A DNA stretch of 64,000 nt from assembly GCA_030295235.1 (NCBI GenBank), contig AP026133.1:310001-374000 (forward strand), written 5' to 3'. Below are positions 1-11,129 of the stretch, piece after piece. Every line of letters starts with the position of its first letter. The stretch's first letter is position 1. A model generated the notes under the pieces. That model saw only the letters and a program-made list of their open reading frames with translations, searched no databases and was not told where the DNA came from. The position numbers were made by a program, and so were the translations under genes. The DNA is from Fistulifera solaris (Eukaryota).

Positions 1-113
1 TTGATACGAAGTATGTTGATCCGAAGGCATCGGCCAGTGAAATCAGCAAGGAATATGTCGATTTAGTGGAGGAAATGAAACGCGAGTTTCAAACATTGAC
101 GGACGGTATTTAA
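1..113 (+). CDS. 3' end of a gene entering the window; probable V-type H+-ATPase catalytic subunit A C-terminus
   Basis: Frame 3 reads DTKYVDPKASASEISKEYVDLVEEMKREFQTLTDGI* (TAA 111-113). This resembles the KF.DP...Y..L.E.M...F..L.D C-terminus of V-ATPase A. Only 36 aa are visible. Confidence 0.5.
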   Translation, partial: DTKYVDPKASASEISKEYVDLVEEMKREFQTLTDGI

Positions 114-195
114 TAATGTTAACTATTTGTTAATAGTCCTATATGACAAGCGAATGATTTTGATCGCATAGCTTATATTCGTCATGAGCACGTTG

Positions 196-1101
196 TTACC
201 CTTTCTTCTGGAACCATTTACCATGTGTTACACCAAAAGGAAGCATGACGGCCACTGCTCCTCCGACTATGTTCCCCAATGTTACAGGAATCAAGTTCTT
301 GGTGAACATTTGCGCAATAGTGATTTCCGCTCCCCTCATCATACCGAGCGGAATCAAGCACATGTTGGCGACGGAATGATCCAGTCCTAAAGCCACAAAC
401 GCAGAAATAGGGAACCAGACCGCCGTCATTTTGCCAACCATGGAGGAGCATCCGGATGCCATGTAAACGGCCATACAAACGAGCCAGTTGCACATGAGGC
501 CACGAGTAAACGCAACACCCCAGGGTACCGAACACTTCGCTGTCGCCAGCGTAACAGCACCAGGAGCGGCCCCCAACGTCATACCTTGAAAAGCCAAGTA
601 GGCCAAAAGGAGTGACCCTACAAAATTTCCAAGGTAACTTGCCACCCAGCTCTTGACAAGGTCTTTTCTTTGGATTTTCCCCTCCATGTAGGCAGCGGTC
701 ACGAGAGCGGTATTACCCGTAAACAGTTCTCCACCCGTCACCAAAGTCATGATTAGACCAAAGGGAAGACCAAATGCTCCGGTAATGATTTTCTGTAGAC
801 CCGGATTGGATTCAAGAAGACCCGGGCAGGCTCCCCCCACCGAAATGGCCAAGAAAATTCCAAAGCCAATGTGGCAGCCCGATACCACACCGAGCGTAAA
901 AATCTTGGAAAAGGATGCCGTCGCTTTCTTGACTCCGGCCGCCACGGCTCCTTCGTAAAGTGCTACGGGTAGCTTTAACTCCGGCTCGACCAACGACGAA
1001 GATATGGACATCGTCGGCACCTTGCCCATTGGCTGACTAATCGCAAAGGCGGAGCTGGTGGCGCTGACAATGAGCAGAATAAACGTGATGAGACGAACCA
1101 T
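196..1101 (-). CDS. NAR1: Formate/nitrite transporter family (NAR1/LCIA-like), probably plastid-targeted
   Basis: FNT motifs GGELFTGN, GLMCNWLVCMA, GLDHSVANM and LGNIVGG. Start at ATG 1101 gives a signal peptide MVRLITFILLIVSATSSA|FA, similar to the ASAFAP motif. Confidence 0.9.
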   Translation of the reverse strand: MVRLITFILLIVSATSSAFAISQPMGKVPTMSISSSLVEPELKLPVALYEGAVAAGVKKATASFSKIFTLGVVSGCHIGFGIFLAISVGGACPGLLESNPGLQKIITGAFGLPFGLIMTLVTGGELFTGNTALVTAAYMEGKIQRKDLVKSWVASYLGNFVGSLLLAYLAFQGMTLGAAPGAVTLATAKCSVPWGVAFTRGLMCNWLVCMAVYMASGCSSMVGKMTAVWFPISAFVALGLDHSVANMCLIPLGMMRGAEITIAQMFTKNLIPVTLGNIVGGAVAVMLPFGVTHGKWFQKKG

Positions 1102-1525
1102 GGTTCCGATGACAGCTAACAGATAACAGATGACGATGTTTATGAGAATAAATGATGATCGCGCCAATGGGCGAAGATGCCGATGAGAAAAAGGATCGGA
1201 AGAAGTGATGCAACGATGCCGAAATTGTGAAGATGCCGGAGTTTTGGGGCAACGCTCGTATGTCGTCCGAAGGATGACGTATCGTTGTTGTCTCAAGACT
1301 GACACTCATGTCTCGAGATCAGAAGCGGTGCGCGTGTGTGTTGCGTTTGTTATTATTTGGTTGCAACTTTGCAACCATACAATGCCATAAAAGATCCTCT
1401 TGCTGTCATCAAGACGTATAACAGCCTATCTTTATCAATTCAATAGCCGTAAAGATTCGAAAAGAGCTCGCAAGGACGACGTTGTTTTTTTCGAAAGAAT
1501 TAGGATTTTGTGCAATTGCGACACT

Positions 1526-2455
1526 ATGGCGGACCCAATGGAAGTCAATGAAGAGCGAGTCACTGCAGAGTCGTACGGTTCTCTAAATACCAGCAACGCC
1601 GCAGACGAATGTTGGGTGATTCGTATCCCGAAAAAATTGGCAGAATTGTGGGAAAAAGCTCCGGAGGGCACCGATTTAGGTGAAATGGTGTTTACCAAAG
1701 GCGGGACGACCGCCACCGGACGAAAAGTCAAACCGTCACTCACCGTTCATGTTTCCGAGTCACTCGTCGAGCAGATGCAACCGCCGGTTCCTCACAACCG
1801 CAATTTACCTCCCGGTACGGTACCCCCTTCTTCTATGCCTCTCAATTATTCACTACAAGCCATGACGAAGAAAGTGCCGGTGATGCATCCTTTCGTACGG
1901 AATCCGTATAATGGTTCGGTGCAGATACTTGGAACCGTCACTAGAACGGCCAACCTGCAAGTCGAACAGGATCAAAACTATCGTACACTTCTCAAAGACC
2001 GTTTAATTGCAACGAATATCAATAGCAATCGATTTGTGAAACCCATGGAGCAAACCGAATCCATCATTGCGAAACAAAAATCGACACTCCAAAATTCCAA
2101 AAAGCGCGGTTTTGGGGACGCCGTGTCACAGACCGGACAGAGGCTACTTGACGCCGCACAAGAGCGCAGTCTACTATTACAGCAACAGATGCAAGGACGA
2201 CACAAGAAAGCACGCAAATTCGCTCCAGATCAGCCCATCAAATCCGTGTTGTTTGAACTGTTCGGGGAACAGCAGTTTTGGACCGTCAAGGACCTCAAAG
2301 CCGCCGCGGCCGCCGGAGGGTGCACGTCGGCCAACACGAAGCGGGCGGAAACGGAAATTCGAGACATTTTGCGCAATGAGATTGGAGAATATCATCGGAG
2401 TGGCGATCACAAGAATATGTGGGAATTAAAAAAGGAATTTCAGCAGCAAACGTAA
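1526..2455 (+). CDS. Transcription initiation factor TFIIF beta subunit (RAP30/TFG2-like)
   Basis: N-terminal CWVIRIPKKLAELW, central G.VTRTANL, C-terminal winged helix LFELFGEQQFWTVKDL...HKNMWELKKEF. Confidence 0.8.
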   Translation: MADPMEVNEERVTAESYGSLNTSNAADECWVIRIPKKLAELWEKAPEGTDLGEMVFTKGGTTATGRKVKPSLTVHVSESLVEQMQPPVPHNRNLPPGTVPPSSMPLNYSLQAMTKKVPVMHPFVRNPYNGSVQILGTVTRTANLQVEQDQNYRTLLKDRLIATNINSNRFVKPMEQTESIIAKQKSTLQNSKKRGFGDAVSQTGQRLLDAAQERSLLLQQQMQGRHKKARKFAPDQPIKSVLFELFGEQQFWTVKDLKAAAAAGGCTSANTKRAETEIRDILRNEIGEYHRSGDHKNMWELKKEFQQQT

Positions 2456-2676
2456 CAATAGTTCAACATGTCCACAGTTCATCATGTCCACAGAACGCTA
2501 GTTCTTATTTTTAGTCTTCCATTTGAGCTACCACGCATGCACGACACTGCAGCATATGAAGTAAGAACTTCAAACTTTTAATGAAATAAACTACAATTAG
2601 TCGAGGTAATACGAACAGCGTATGGTATGGTGTACAGTGCTAGAGATTGGGAGGGTAATCTCGATACCTTACGATA

Positions 2677-4070
2677 TCAAAATGGGACGGACTCAGACTT
2701 TGTGGTCTCACTTTCATTCAATGCGTGATCTTCCTGCCGTGTTCGTTTTCTTCCCTTTCGCGGCGTGTCGTGTTCGTTACTAGCGGAGCCACGCTTCACT
2801 AGTTTCATGATCTCCTCTTCGACTTGCTTATTCGCCACATCAAACGCCTCTTGAATCGTTTTCGCTCCCGAGTTTCCTCCCATCATTTTCTCAAAATCGG
2901 ATTCTGTGAATTTACCATTTCGACTCGCATCAAATTTGAAATCCCACAGAAACATCATGGCTCCATTGGGGTTATCGACCAGAGTACCCCGTATAAACCG
3001 CTTCACGAGGCGGACTTCGGTCTCTCGTTGCAACACTTGACCGTCACTGAGGTACAACACCGTATCATTCGCATTTCTTCTCGAAGCTGGAGGTGGCATA
3101 GCTTTTATTATCATAGCTCGGTTCGTTTGATCAATAAAAACGGGGTGCTTGTAATCAATAATATCACCCGCTCGCAGTTTGCGGTACTGGTCCTTCATCT
3201 TGGCATCCGTGAGGAAACGATGAAGTTCGGGTGTCATGGGGGGTGTGGGGGGTGTCACGGTCACTGTGTCCTCGCTCGCCGTGTATCGGAACTCTTCCTC
3301 TTGGTCATCGCCGTCGTCATCGTCCACAGTCCCATCCATTGTTTTTTGATCGAATTCGAACTGTTTCTTGAGCAATAGTTCGAGAAAATATTGCTCTTCA
3401 AGTATCATGCGCTGTTGCGCTTGTCCTTTCTGTTCCTTAAAGGGTCGATAGTGTTTCAGCTGTTTCGTGTATGCCGCCATATGTTCGGGATTCCAACTCA
3501 TTTCTTCACCGTACTCCGTGAGACTCCGCGCCAACACCGGTTGAATGGTTGACGTGTCTAACATATGGTCACCAATATACTCGATAATCTGTTTGTTTTT
3601 CGACCCGACATTCACCACTTGTGCATTGGAGGGATCGTGGTTGACAAAGACGGGCCAAATTTTCCCTCCCGTCCGGAGCCACTTTATATCTGTGGCGTTT
3701 GCTATTTTCGGAAAACATTTGATCGAAAGGACTCGTTCGATTGCATTTCGGGCGTTTTTCATGGCTGTGACAGCCATAGAATTGCGAGCGAACACAAAGA
3801 CGTCAGCAAAAAGCAGATTTGTACGACATTTGACAACACGATAAATAACTACGGACCTTGTTCTTCGAGTTCTTTTCTCGTATACACTATCTCCGTTTCT
3901 ACTTTGTCTGCTTTGTTGCTGTTAGTAGAAGACTGGGGTGATACCTGCGGTGTCGTTCGATTCGAAGGATGTAGCAAGCTGGGTTGGAGAATGTCGTCCA
4001 TGTCATCGTCACTTTCGAGTAATTCTGCTTTCAGTTTCTGACGTTGCTCGGCGCTGATACTACGGGGCAT
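2677..4070 (-). CDS. Hypothetical protein with one intron (about 3765-3856); carries the domain shared with the gene at 6253-8518
   Basis: ORFs 3849-4070 and 2677-3795 join in frame through a GT...(GCTGAC branch-like)...CAG intron, giving EEQ-A-MKNARN. Confidence 0.65.
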
Positions 4071-4577
4071 GATGAATAAAGGGTTGAGATAGATAGAAAG
4101 AAAGGTAAGAAAAAGTGGATTGTCAGGATATGGAAAAGGATATAGGGTGAGCCTGACGTTTCGTTTTGTTTTAACAAAAATGGACTCCCAAATAATAATC
4201 GCTCAAATGGAAATTTTGGCCAAGGCGTGGCGCCTTTGTTTTCCCGGCGTAGGAATTGGCGGGAAACAGTGGGACTTAACAGTTCCTGTACCGGTACGAT
4301 GGCGTGGTGCCGCCAATCTCAATCCTTGGATTATTATTTCAACTGAAAACGCGTGAGGAGTCTTGTGAAGGAAGAAAAAATCCGAAATGCCGACCACGAT
4401 CATGGTCCAACTTTTACTACCAAGCAAAGCATCTTCATTGCTCCATGGAACTGTCCTCTACGCTCTGATCAGATTGCTGTACCTGTTTAGAAGGCTACTT
4501 GCGGCCAAGGCACAAACGAGTGACGTCGTTGCGAACGGCAAAACAACCCCTTGGACGACCAGAGGAGGCACAGTAAG

Positions 4578-6074
4578 ATGGGAAACTTGCAATGTCTCGA
4601 CGCTTCGACCGTCTACGATAGAGATTTCCAATTAAACGTCCGAGCAAAATCTCGTGATAAAACTGAGCCAGACGAAGACTTTTTCACAATTCACACCTCG
4701 GATCCACCACGTCGATGTATCCTTGAATCCAGCATCATCATGGAAACGTTCGTAGATCAGGCAGAAACTCTAATACGAAGAGAAAAAATCCACATTGGGT
4801 CCTACGAGAGCCCTGGACGACAGTATCCTTTCCGCCGGAAATAGTGTGATTTCTTTCTCCGAAAAAGAATCATCATCCCTTCGTGTCGACACGGTGCCTT
4901 CCATGATGACAACCATGTCCACATCAACGAGAATGGCTGCTAATGTACAAGGAAAGACTGTCTTACGATTGGCTACAAAGAAGGAATCAGATCGTCCTGT
5001 CCTATTGGGCACCGATGATTTCTCAACCAATTATTTGCGACGCGACATTCTATCGTTTTTGACGCAACACCACATCGAGACGGAAGTTGGCATTTCCGAA
5101 ACCTCTTGCATCATGACACCTTGTGCCGATGTGCAACTGTTCAATCCGTCATATGCGGCAACCATTTTACAGCATACGAGTGTGTTGCACTTGAAATTGG
5201 TTCCCCATTGTTACCATTTTTATCACAATTACATGACGCGATTATTGCCCGACAATCCACTCACCAAAGCCATCGCCAAGGGTATTACGGAAATTGATTT
5301 GTCACCGCCTCGAACGCATTCGAGTGAAGTGCCGACTCTAGTGGGTTCGAGATCGTCTGTCATCGAAAACGATTTGATGTTTATCGGTGAGGGACCTCCT
5401 TCATCGCCGGTGATGTTGCTGGCGAAAGGTTCGGTCTTTATGGACTTGGCTCTAACAGGATCACTTGGACTGGTCGATCGAAAAAATTTCGCAGTTTGAA
5501 AGATTGTATGGCGGTGAAACCTAACTTGAAAAGTCCAGAACATTATATGGTTCTATTGAATCGACGCTCCGGTGTTCCTCTCTTGGTTTGTGCGTTGAAA
5601 GCCACCGCAACAGGCCCTCCGGTCGTACGCATCTTCGCGACGAAAAGTAGAGTGTATGGACAGAAGGTTGCCGCAGAAACACACGCGTTGGGTTTGGATT
5701 GGGGCGAATCGCTGCCGTTGTATACATGGGCAGAGATTGTAACGACGGGACGCTACCCGGACCGTGTTCGGTACTCGATCTTTATGGCCACTGGTTCAGA
5801 TGGTCGATTTGAAATCAGTCCTAGTTATTGTGCTGTTCACGAATCAAACGGTAGTCCTGAAATCAAAGTAGTGGGTCGAACAGAACGGGAGACCTATCAC
5901 GCTGGCTGTGCCATCGTGTCGTTATGCAAAGATAGCAATGCACTTGCTGACGATGACGATGCCTTTCTTCGTCTTTCGATTTCACGTGGGATTGATCCTG
6001 CTCTACTCATTTGCTTCGCCGCGTTCGTTGACGAAGCATTGGAAAAGACAATGCGGATGCAATGCCAGGCGTGA
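4578..6074 (+). CDS. Hypothetical protein with an MG-x-x-x-C N-terminus and a Tubby-C/LURP-one-like C-terminal domain; two apparent frameshifts
   Basis: Three overlapping ORFs (4551-4844, 4795-5499, 5496-6074) read as one protein starting MGNLQC. It ends with LSISRGIDPALLICFAAFVDE, like the terminal helix of tubby/LOR/scramblase folds. Confidence 0.55.
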
Positions 6075-6252
6075 CAATGAAAAAGTAATTACGCTTTATT
6101 TACGACGGTGCGGTTCCTACTTTGCCTAATATTCAACTGGAAGCCTCAAAACAAGGGCTATCGGTATCCTTATCCATTGATGATTGATTATTACGCGTGC
6201 TTATGTGGTCTGATTGTTCAAAAACGATCGTGGTATGAAACCCGCTGGAGCT

Positions 6253-8518
6253 TTAAAGCGGATGCTGAGACAGTATGCTTCGCCCGTTTCGAAGCGCGAA
6301 CGCCCCACTTTTTGACTTGTTTCCTAGGGTCTCTTGGCTCGAAAAGCCTTCGATATCTTCATCCTGACTTTCGTGTTTTGGGGTCGACTTCTTCAAGTAT
6401 TTATGTCCACAATTCCAAACATCAGCCTCCACGGCGTCGTCGGAGGGACCGCACGAGCTATCTTGTGTCTCAATTTCAGCAGGTAAAAACGATGAATGCT
6501 TGAGTTTCTTAAAGCGCGACGTAGCAACTGAAATATCTTGACCGGGACCTTTCGATTGGCTCTGAGTCGCTTTAGTAATTCGGCGTTTTGAGATGACCGA
6601 AATGCGATTCGAATCATTGTCGCTCTCAGAACTTTCCCAAAGTCCGTCCGATTGACCTTTCTTTTCGACAGACTCGAGACTCCATCTCGAAGTCTTTTTT
6701 CGTGAAGGGGTTTGCAGCGGCAGTGGGTTTTGTAGACACACTGGTGGCGTCGGAATCGGTGTCTCCGTATTTCTTTGTTTGTCTGCCGCTGAAGACTGGA
6801 CGAATTAATTTATCTTGGCTAGAGCCTGACCATCGGCTTTTTGTGACTTTGGTGGTTCCGCGCTGAATGGCAACCGACGTGCTGTTCAAGTCACTGTCGC
6901 TCTCGGAAGTATCAACGAGACCTTCCGATTTCCCCTTCTTTTCTACGGAATCCTGATTCCCTCTCGATTTTCCGGCACTGAACACTGGGCTACTTAAAAT
7001 GAGACCAGAGTCGTCATCGGAGTCGGATGAGGGCGAGCTGTAGGCATTGCGTTTCATTGCAACGTCCTCGGTTCGAGACTTATTGAGTTGATTGGGTAGG
7101 GATCGTTGTCCCTTAGCAGAAGTAAGATCGCTCGCTTTAGTTTCGATGGTCGCCAGGTCGATCACAGGGGTCTGCTGCGAGGTTCTAGCACTCTCTAAAG
7201 AGTCCCTGTCGACTCGAAACGTTTTTTCACACGTCGCAGACTCTTTTCGCGCACCGAAACTGATTGTTTTTAGCGCCACGTTCTCTGTTTGACCAGTCTT
7301 GAACTTACTCTTCAGACCCCCAAGATTCTTTAGAACAAGAGACGTTGGAGGCTTTGATTTCTCACGACTTTGCTGTATGGGTAAATTCTCTTTGTGCCAG
7401 TCTCTGCGAGGAGATAAGAGCTCTCGGTTCCGTTGCGTTTCAAAAGAAAAGCGGGAAGCCATATCGGATGCTTTTCGCGGGCTTCGTTGTGAAGATAGGT
7501 TATCGCTTGACGAATCGCTATCGCTAGTGCTGTCGGACTCGCCACTTTTAATTTCTTGTGCTGGTTCAGAAAAAGCCTTTCGTTTCTTTTTGCGAAGAGG
7601 GTGTCGTTGAAGCCATATTCATAATATCCGATGGTAGAGTCTCCAACTTTTCATTTGCTTTTGCAACAATGTCATTCAGTATATCTATTATTTTCTGCCT
7701 TTCATTGGGAAGCATCTTACGCTCAGCCGCAGATAGAGTGCGCTTTTTCATTCGAAAGTTCTCTAAGTCGCGAAATATTCCTGGATGGTTGTAGAGCTTT
7801 CCATTGTCGTACTCTTTTAATCGCCGCATCCGAGTCTCTCGAGGTATCAGCTCTCCGTTGTCCAACTCCAGCGGAAAGTCACGTTTAGAAGGGTCTGTAG
7901 AAATAACTTGTGTTACACGGATCGAAAGTTCGGATCCTGCCGCAAACGCTGGATGAAAATAGTGGATGACGTCGCCCGGATTGAGAGGTTCCTTTGGACG
8001 ATCCGAGAGGGCGCAAGCCATGAGCAAATTTTCATCTCCTACGATCCCAAGGTTGATTGCGTACGGTACTTCCATCTCCTGTGTTGGTTGGATGCTTTCT
8101 GCGGGCCGCGATGATTCTTCTACAGACTTCTTGATGGCGGATTGATTGCCTGTTTGTTTATTCTTCGATGGAGATAAAGAACGTTTCGAGGGCGCAGCTT
8201 TGGGTTTTCCATTTACAGGCTTCTGTTTCGAGGTCGAACTTCTGTGAAATGAAGACTTAGCGTGGTCGCGGTCGTCACGGAAAGCTGTTTTTGGGTCGCC
8301 TTTAGTTCCTCTTTTTTGTCAATCATAGAGATCGTTTGAATCGCAACGCCAGGCGCTATAGACTTTCCAGGTTTCCGTCTTCGCTTCTTTGCAGACCCTT
8401 TCTTGCAGCTCGACGGAATGATGGGCGGTCTTTTCTCATCTTCCTCGCTCTCAAAGCACACGAACGAAAGCTGAGATGCTCCCTCGTTTTGGGGTAGTGA
8501 AAAGTGTCGTCGTGACAT
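6253..8518 (-). CDS. Large, mostly low-complexity S/K/R-rich hypothetical protein with a central globular domain; three apparent frameshifts
   Basis: Consecutive minus-strand ORFs 8213-8518, 7566-8075, 6626-7462 and 6253-6741 connect by single-base shifts. NLS-like KKRRRK near the N-terminus. Confidence 0.55.
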
Positions 8519-9037
8519 GTTGGAAGAGCCTCGATCTAGCTTTCGTCGATCGATAAAGTATCCCACTGTTGATTCCGTGAAAATTGAAACTGTTTTATGA
8601 ATTATATGATCAAAAGTTCGAGTAGCAAGAAGACATCGACGAATGATCACGAACGGTTTTGTTGTGTCATGAACAGCATTGCTTTTTGCGTGGTTGCAAA
8701 GTATTCGGCGCCGTATTTTTTACCGCCAAAAACTTCACTCCAACTGCATAAGGTTTGTACTGAACTAAAAATACCACAGTAAAAAGTACCGGGTACTTGG
8801 TACAACTGTAACCTAAGCATTTAGCATAGCAAACAGTATTTGATCGTCTGTCATCGTCAGTGGTAACGTTTTGCCTGTCACTGATAACTGATATCCGCGC
8901 GCGTTTCTTTGCAGGCGGAGTTTCGACGAGCACTATTTCTTTTGAAAAGCATTCGCCTTCCGTGGAAGGGGTTGAGCCACCGAAAAAACCTTTCAACGTT
9001 CGAATCTTCTTTCATGATTGGGCAACAGACGAATCTC

Positions 9038-10060
9038 ATGAAATCTGACAAGGCGCAACAAATGTCAATGTATGGAAGCATGAATTTGGAAGAAAGAACG
9101 AGAGAGGAGGCAATCAATGATCACGATCAACAAAATACAGATCACCAAGATAAAAGGAGACGCACGGGGAGTCCTACCCTCAACTCTCGCCGATTGTCTG
9201 GAAAGTCCATTACTTTTTCGTTTCCTACGAATGAGCAAGCTCGAGGTCACGCGGAAGAGCATCACGGAAAGGATTCATGGCAACATAAAGTGCTGGTGTG
9301 GTTGCACTCGTCCAAGGTAGAATACACTTTGATGGGTCTTCTGCTCCTCGATGTGTTGATTCTGTTCGTGGAATTGTTCCTGCTCGCACTCTTTCCGGCT
9401 TGTGATCTTGTCGAGAGAGATGCGATTTCCTGTTGCCCATCCAGCGGGGAGGAACATGCTCGATTTTTGGCGGAAGAATCACATCATTATTGCCCGGTCG
9501 GTTTGGAAGCGTTAATGGAATACCCTGCGGGTTGTGATGATCATAAATGGCATCGTGTACATACGGCGGAACAAGCTCTTTTCATCCTTACAGCCATCAT
9601 TCTGTCGATCTTTTTTGTGGAGTTGAACATTACCATGATTGCCTTGACACCCAGCGTTTTCTTTCGTCAATTTTTCTTTCTGGCGGACTACATCATCATC
9701 TCGTTCGGACTTGCATTGGAAGTTCTTTTGCATTTCACGAGTTCGGCTACGTCGCAGTCTTTGGTTGGCCTTCTGGTAACGGTTCGATTATGGCGCTTTT
9801 TGCGGATCAGTCACGGGCTTGTCGAGGTTACCCATGAGGTCGCCGAAAAGGAGTTTGAAGAGTTACTGGCTTATACAGAAGAGTTGGAGTCCGTGCTTCG
9901 AAAGAATAATATCATCATTTCCGGATCGGAAAAGATTCAAAAGATAAAGCATGAAGGAACAGGGGACGGTATCTTGTCGGACATTGCAAAGCACCATCGT
10001 AGCAAACATACGTACGTCACATTCCACGGTGAGCATGACAAAAGCCTTGATGATTCGTAA
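9038..10060 (+). CDS. HVCN1: Voltage-gated proton channel Hv1 (voltage-sensor-only protein)
   Basis: Four TM helices. S1 LLLLDVLILFVEL contains the selectivity Asp and S4 VRLWRFLRISH has the RxWRxxR signature. C-terminal coiled coil and no pore domain. Confidence 0.88.
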   Translation: MKSDKAQQMSMYGSMNLEERTREEAINDHDQQNTDHQDKRRRTGSPTLNSRRLSGKSITFSFPTNEQARGHAEEHHGKDSWQHKVLVWLHSSKVEYTLMGLLLLDVLILFVELFLLALFPACDLVERDAISCCPSSGEEHARFLAEESHHYCPVGLEALMEYPAGCDDHKWHRVHTAEQALFILTAIILSIFFVELNITMIALTPSVFFRQFFFLADYIIISFGLALEVLLHFTSSATSQSLVGLLVTVRLWRFLRISHGLVEVTHEVAEKEFEELLAYTEELESVLRKNNIIISGSEKIQKIKHEGTGDGILSDIAKHHRSKHTYVTFHGEHDKSLDDS

Positions 10061-10497
10061 CGTTGATAGGTATGAGATTGAGACAACACCAGGACCGATG
10101 CTACCGCGTTGTTGGTCTTTCACGTCGGTCACGTGGTCCTCTCTTTTAGCTCTAACAATACTCTACAAACATGCAAATTACTCCTTAGTCATTACTATCC
10201 GTCATGTTTACATTTTACATGGTAAACCTTTATTTTATTTCTACGAAGTTTATGGGGTTCATCTCCTTCATTAAGGCTTTGAAGTACCAGAGATATTATT
10301 GCCGGCATCATTTAAGTATCGCTGGCGCTCCCAAAGCCCAAAGTAACAATATTCTTCCTTATTTCTACAGACGTCGATCGTAACAAATCGGTGCTTAGCT
10401 GGTACTGGTACGGGGAGCAATCTCTAGCTGCAATTCATGGGAATTTAATTACGTCGTATTTGCAAGCAGGGTTCGGGACTGGAAGTATAGATTTTTA

Positions 10498-10542
10498 TTA
10501 CGGAGTACTCCGTAACTACTGATACTAGAGGTATACTCCGTA
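10498..10542. repeat. 18-bp perfect palindrome TTACGGAGTACTCCGTAA plus a direct repeat of TACTCCGTAACTACT
   Basis: Palindrome at 10498-10515; second TACTCCGTA at 10534-10542; intergenic between Hv1 and rhodanese. Confidence 0.85.
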
Positions 10543-10754
10543 ACTACTAGGTATGTCGCGAGGGTCAGTCGTGAGCCTCCCTATTTGCCTGCGTCATCAC
10601 GCGTCTGCGGATAGAAGAAATTCGGCAACCGTTTTTGTTGTTCACATCGATCATTCATCGCATTCATAATTTTGGCAATTGCAAGGATCTCGGATATTTT
10701 CAGCATTAGATTGGGCAACGTAAAACTTTGTTCTTTCTTTGAATATTGTTACTG

Positions 10755-11129
10755 ATGTCGCGCAAACCAGGCGTTGCATCGCCGGAAGAACTGAAAGCAT
10801 TCGTTGCCGACGCCGGCGATCGACTCTTGGTCGTTGATCTTCGCAACCCCGATGCTGTGGTCGAACCTGACGATCAGCCGACCTTTGATATTGCTGAATT
10901 ACCTTCCGAGTCGTCCCGACCACATGCCGTCAGTCTTCTTTGGGATCGAACTACCAACCAAATGCCGATCCCCTCGGTCCCCAAAGACACGCCCATCATC
11001 ACGCATTGCGGTGCCGGGGGGCGTGGGCAAATGGCGAAGGAATTTTTGGAAAAACACGGTTTTGTGAAGGTGATAAATGGTGGTGGTCCGAAAGATGCCG
11101 AGTGCTGGGCTGAGTTTGGAGATAAATGA
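10755..11129 (+). CDS. Single-domain rhodanese/sulfurtransferase
   Basis: VVDLRNP motif, active-site loop HCGAGGRG, A..FL.KHGF..V.NGGG. Confidence 0.85.
   Translation: MSRKPGVASPEELKAFVADAGDRLLVVDLRNPDAVVEPDDQPTFDIAELPSESSRPHAVSLLWDRTTNQMPIPSVPKDTPIITHCGAGGRGQMAKEFLEKHGFVKVINGGGPKDAECWAEFGDK

Noticed and set aside
10491..10555. CRISPR-like repeat array
   Set aside because: Only two short repeats, no regular spacers, no cas genes, and a eukaryotic context.
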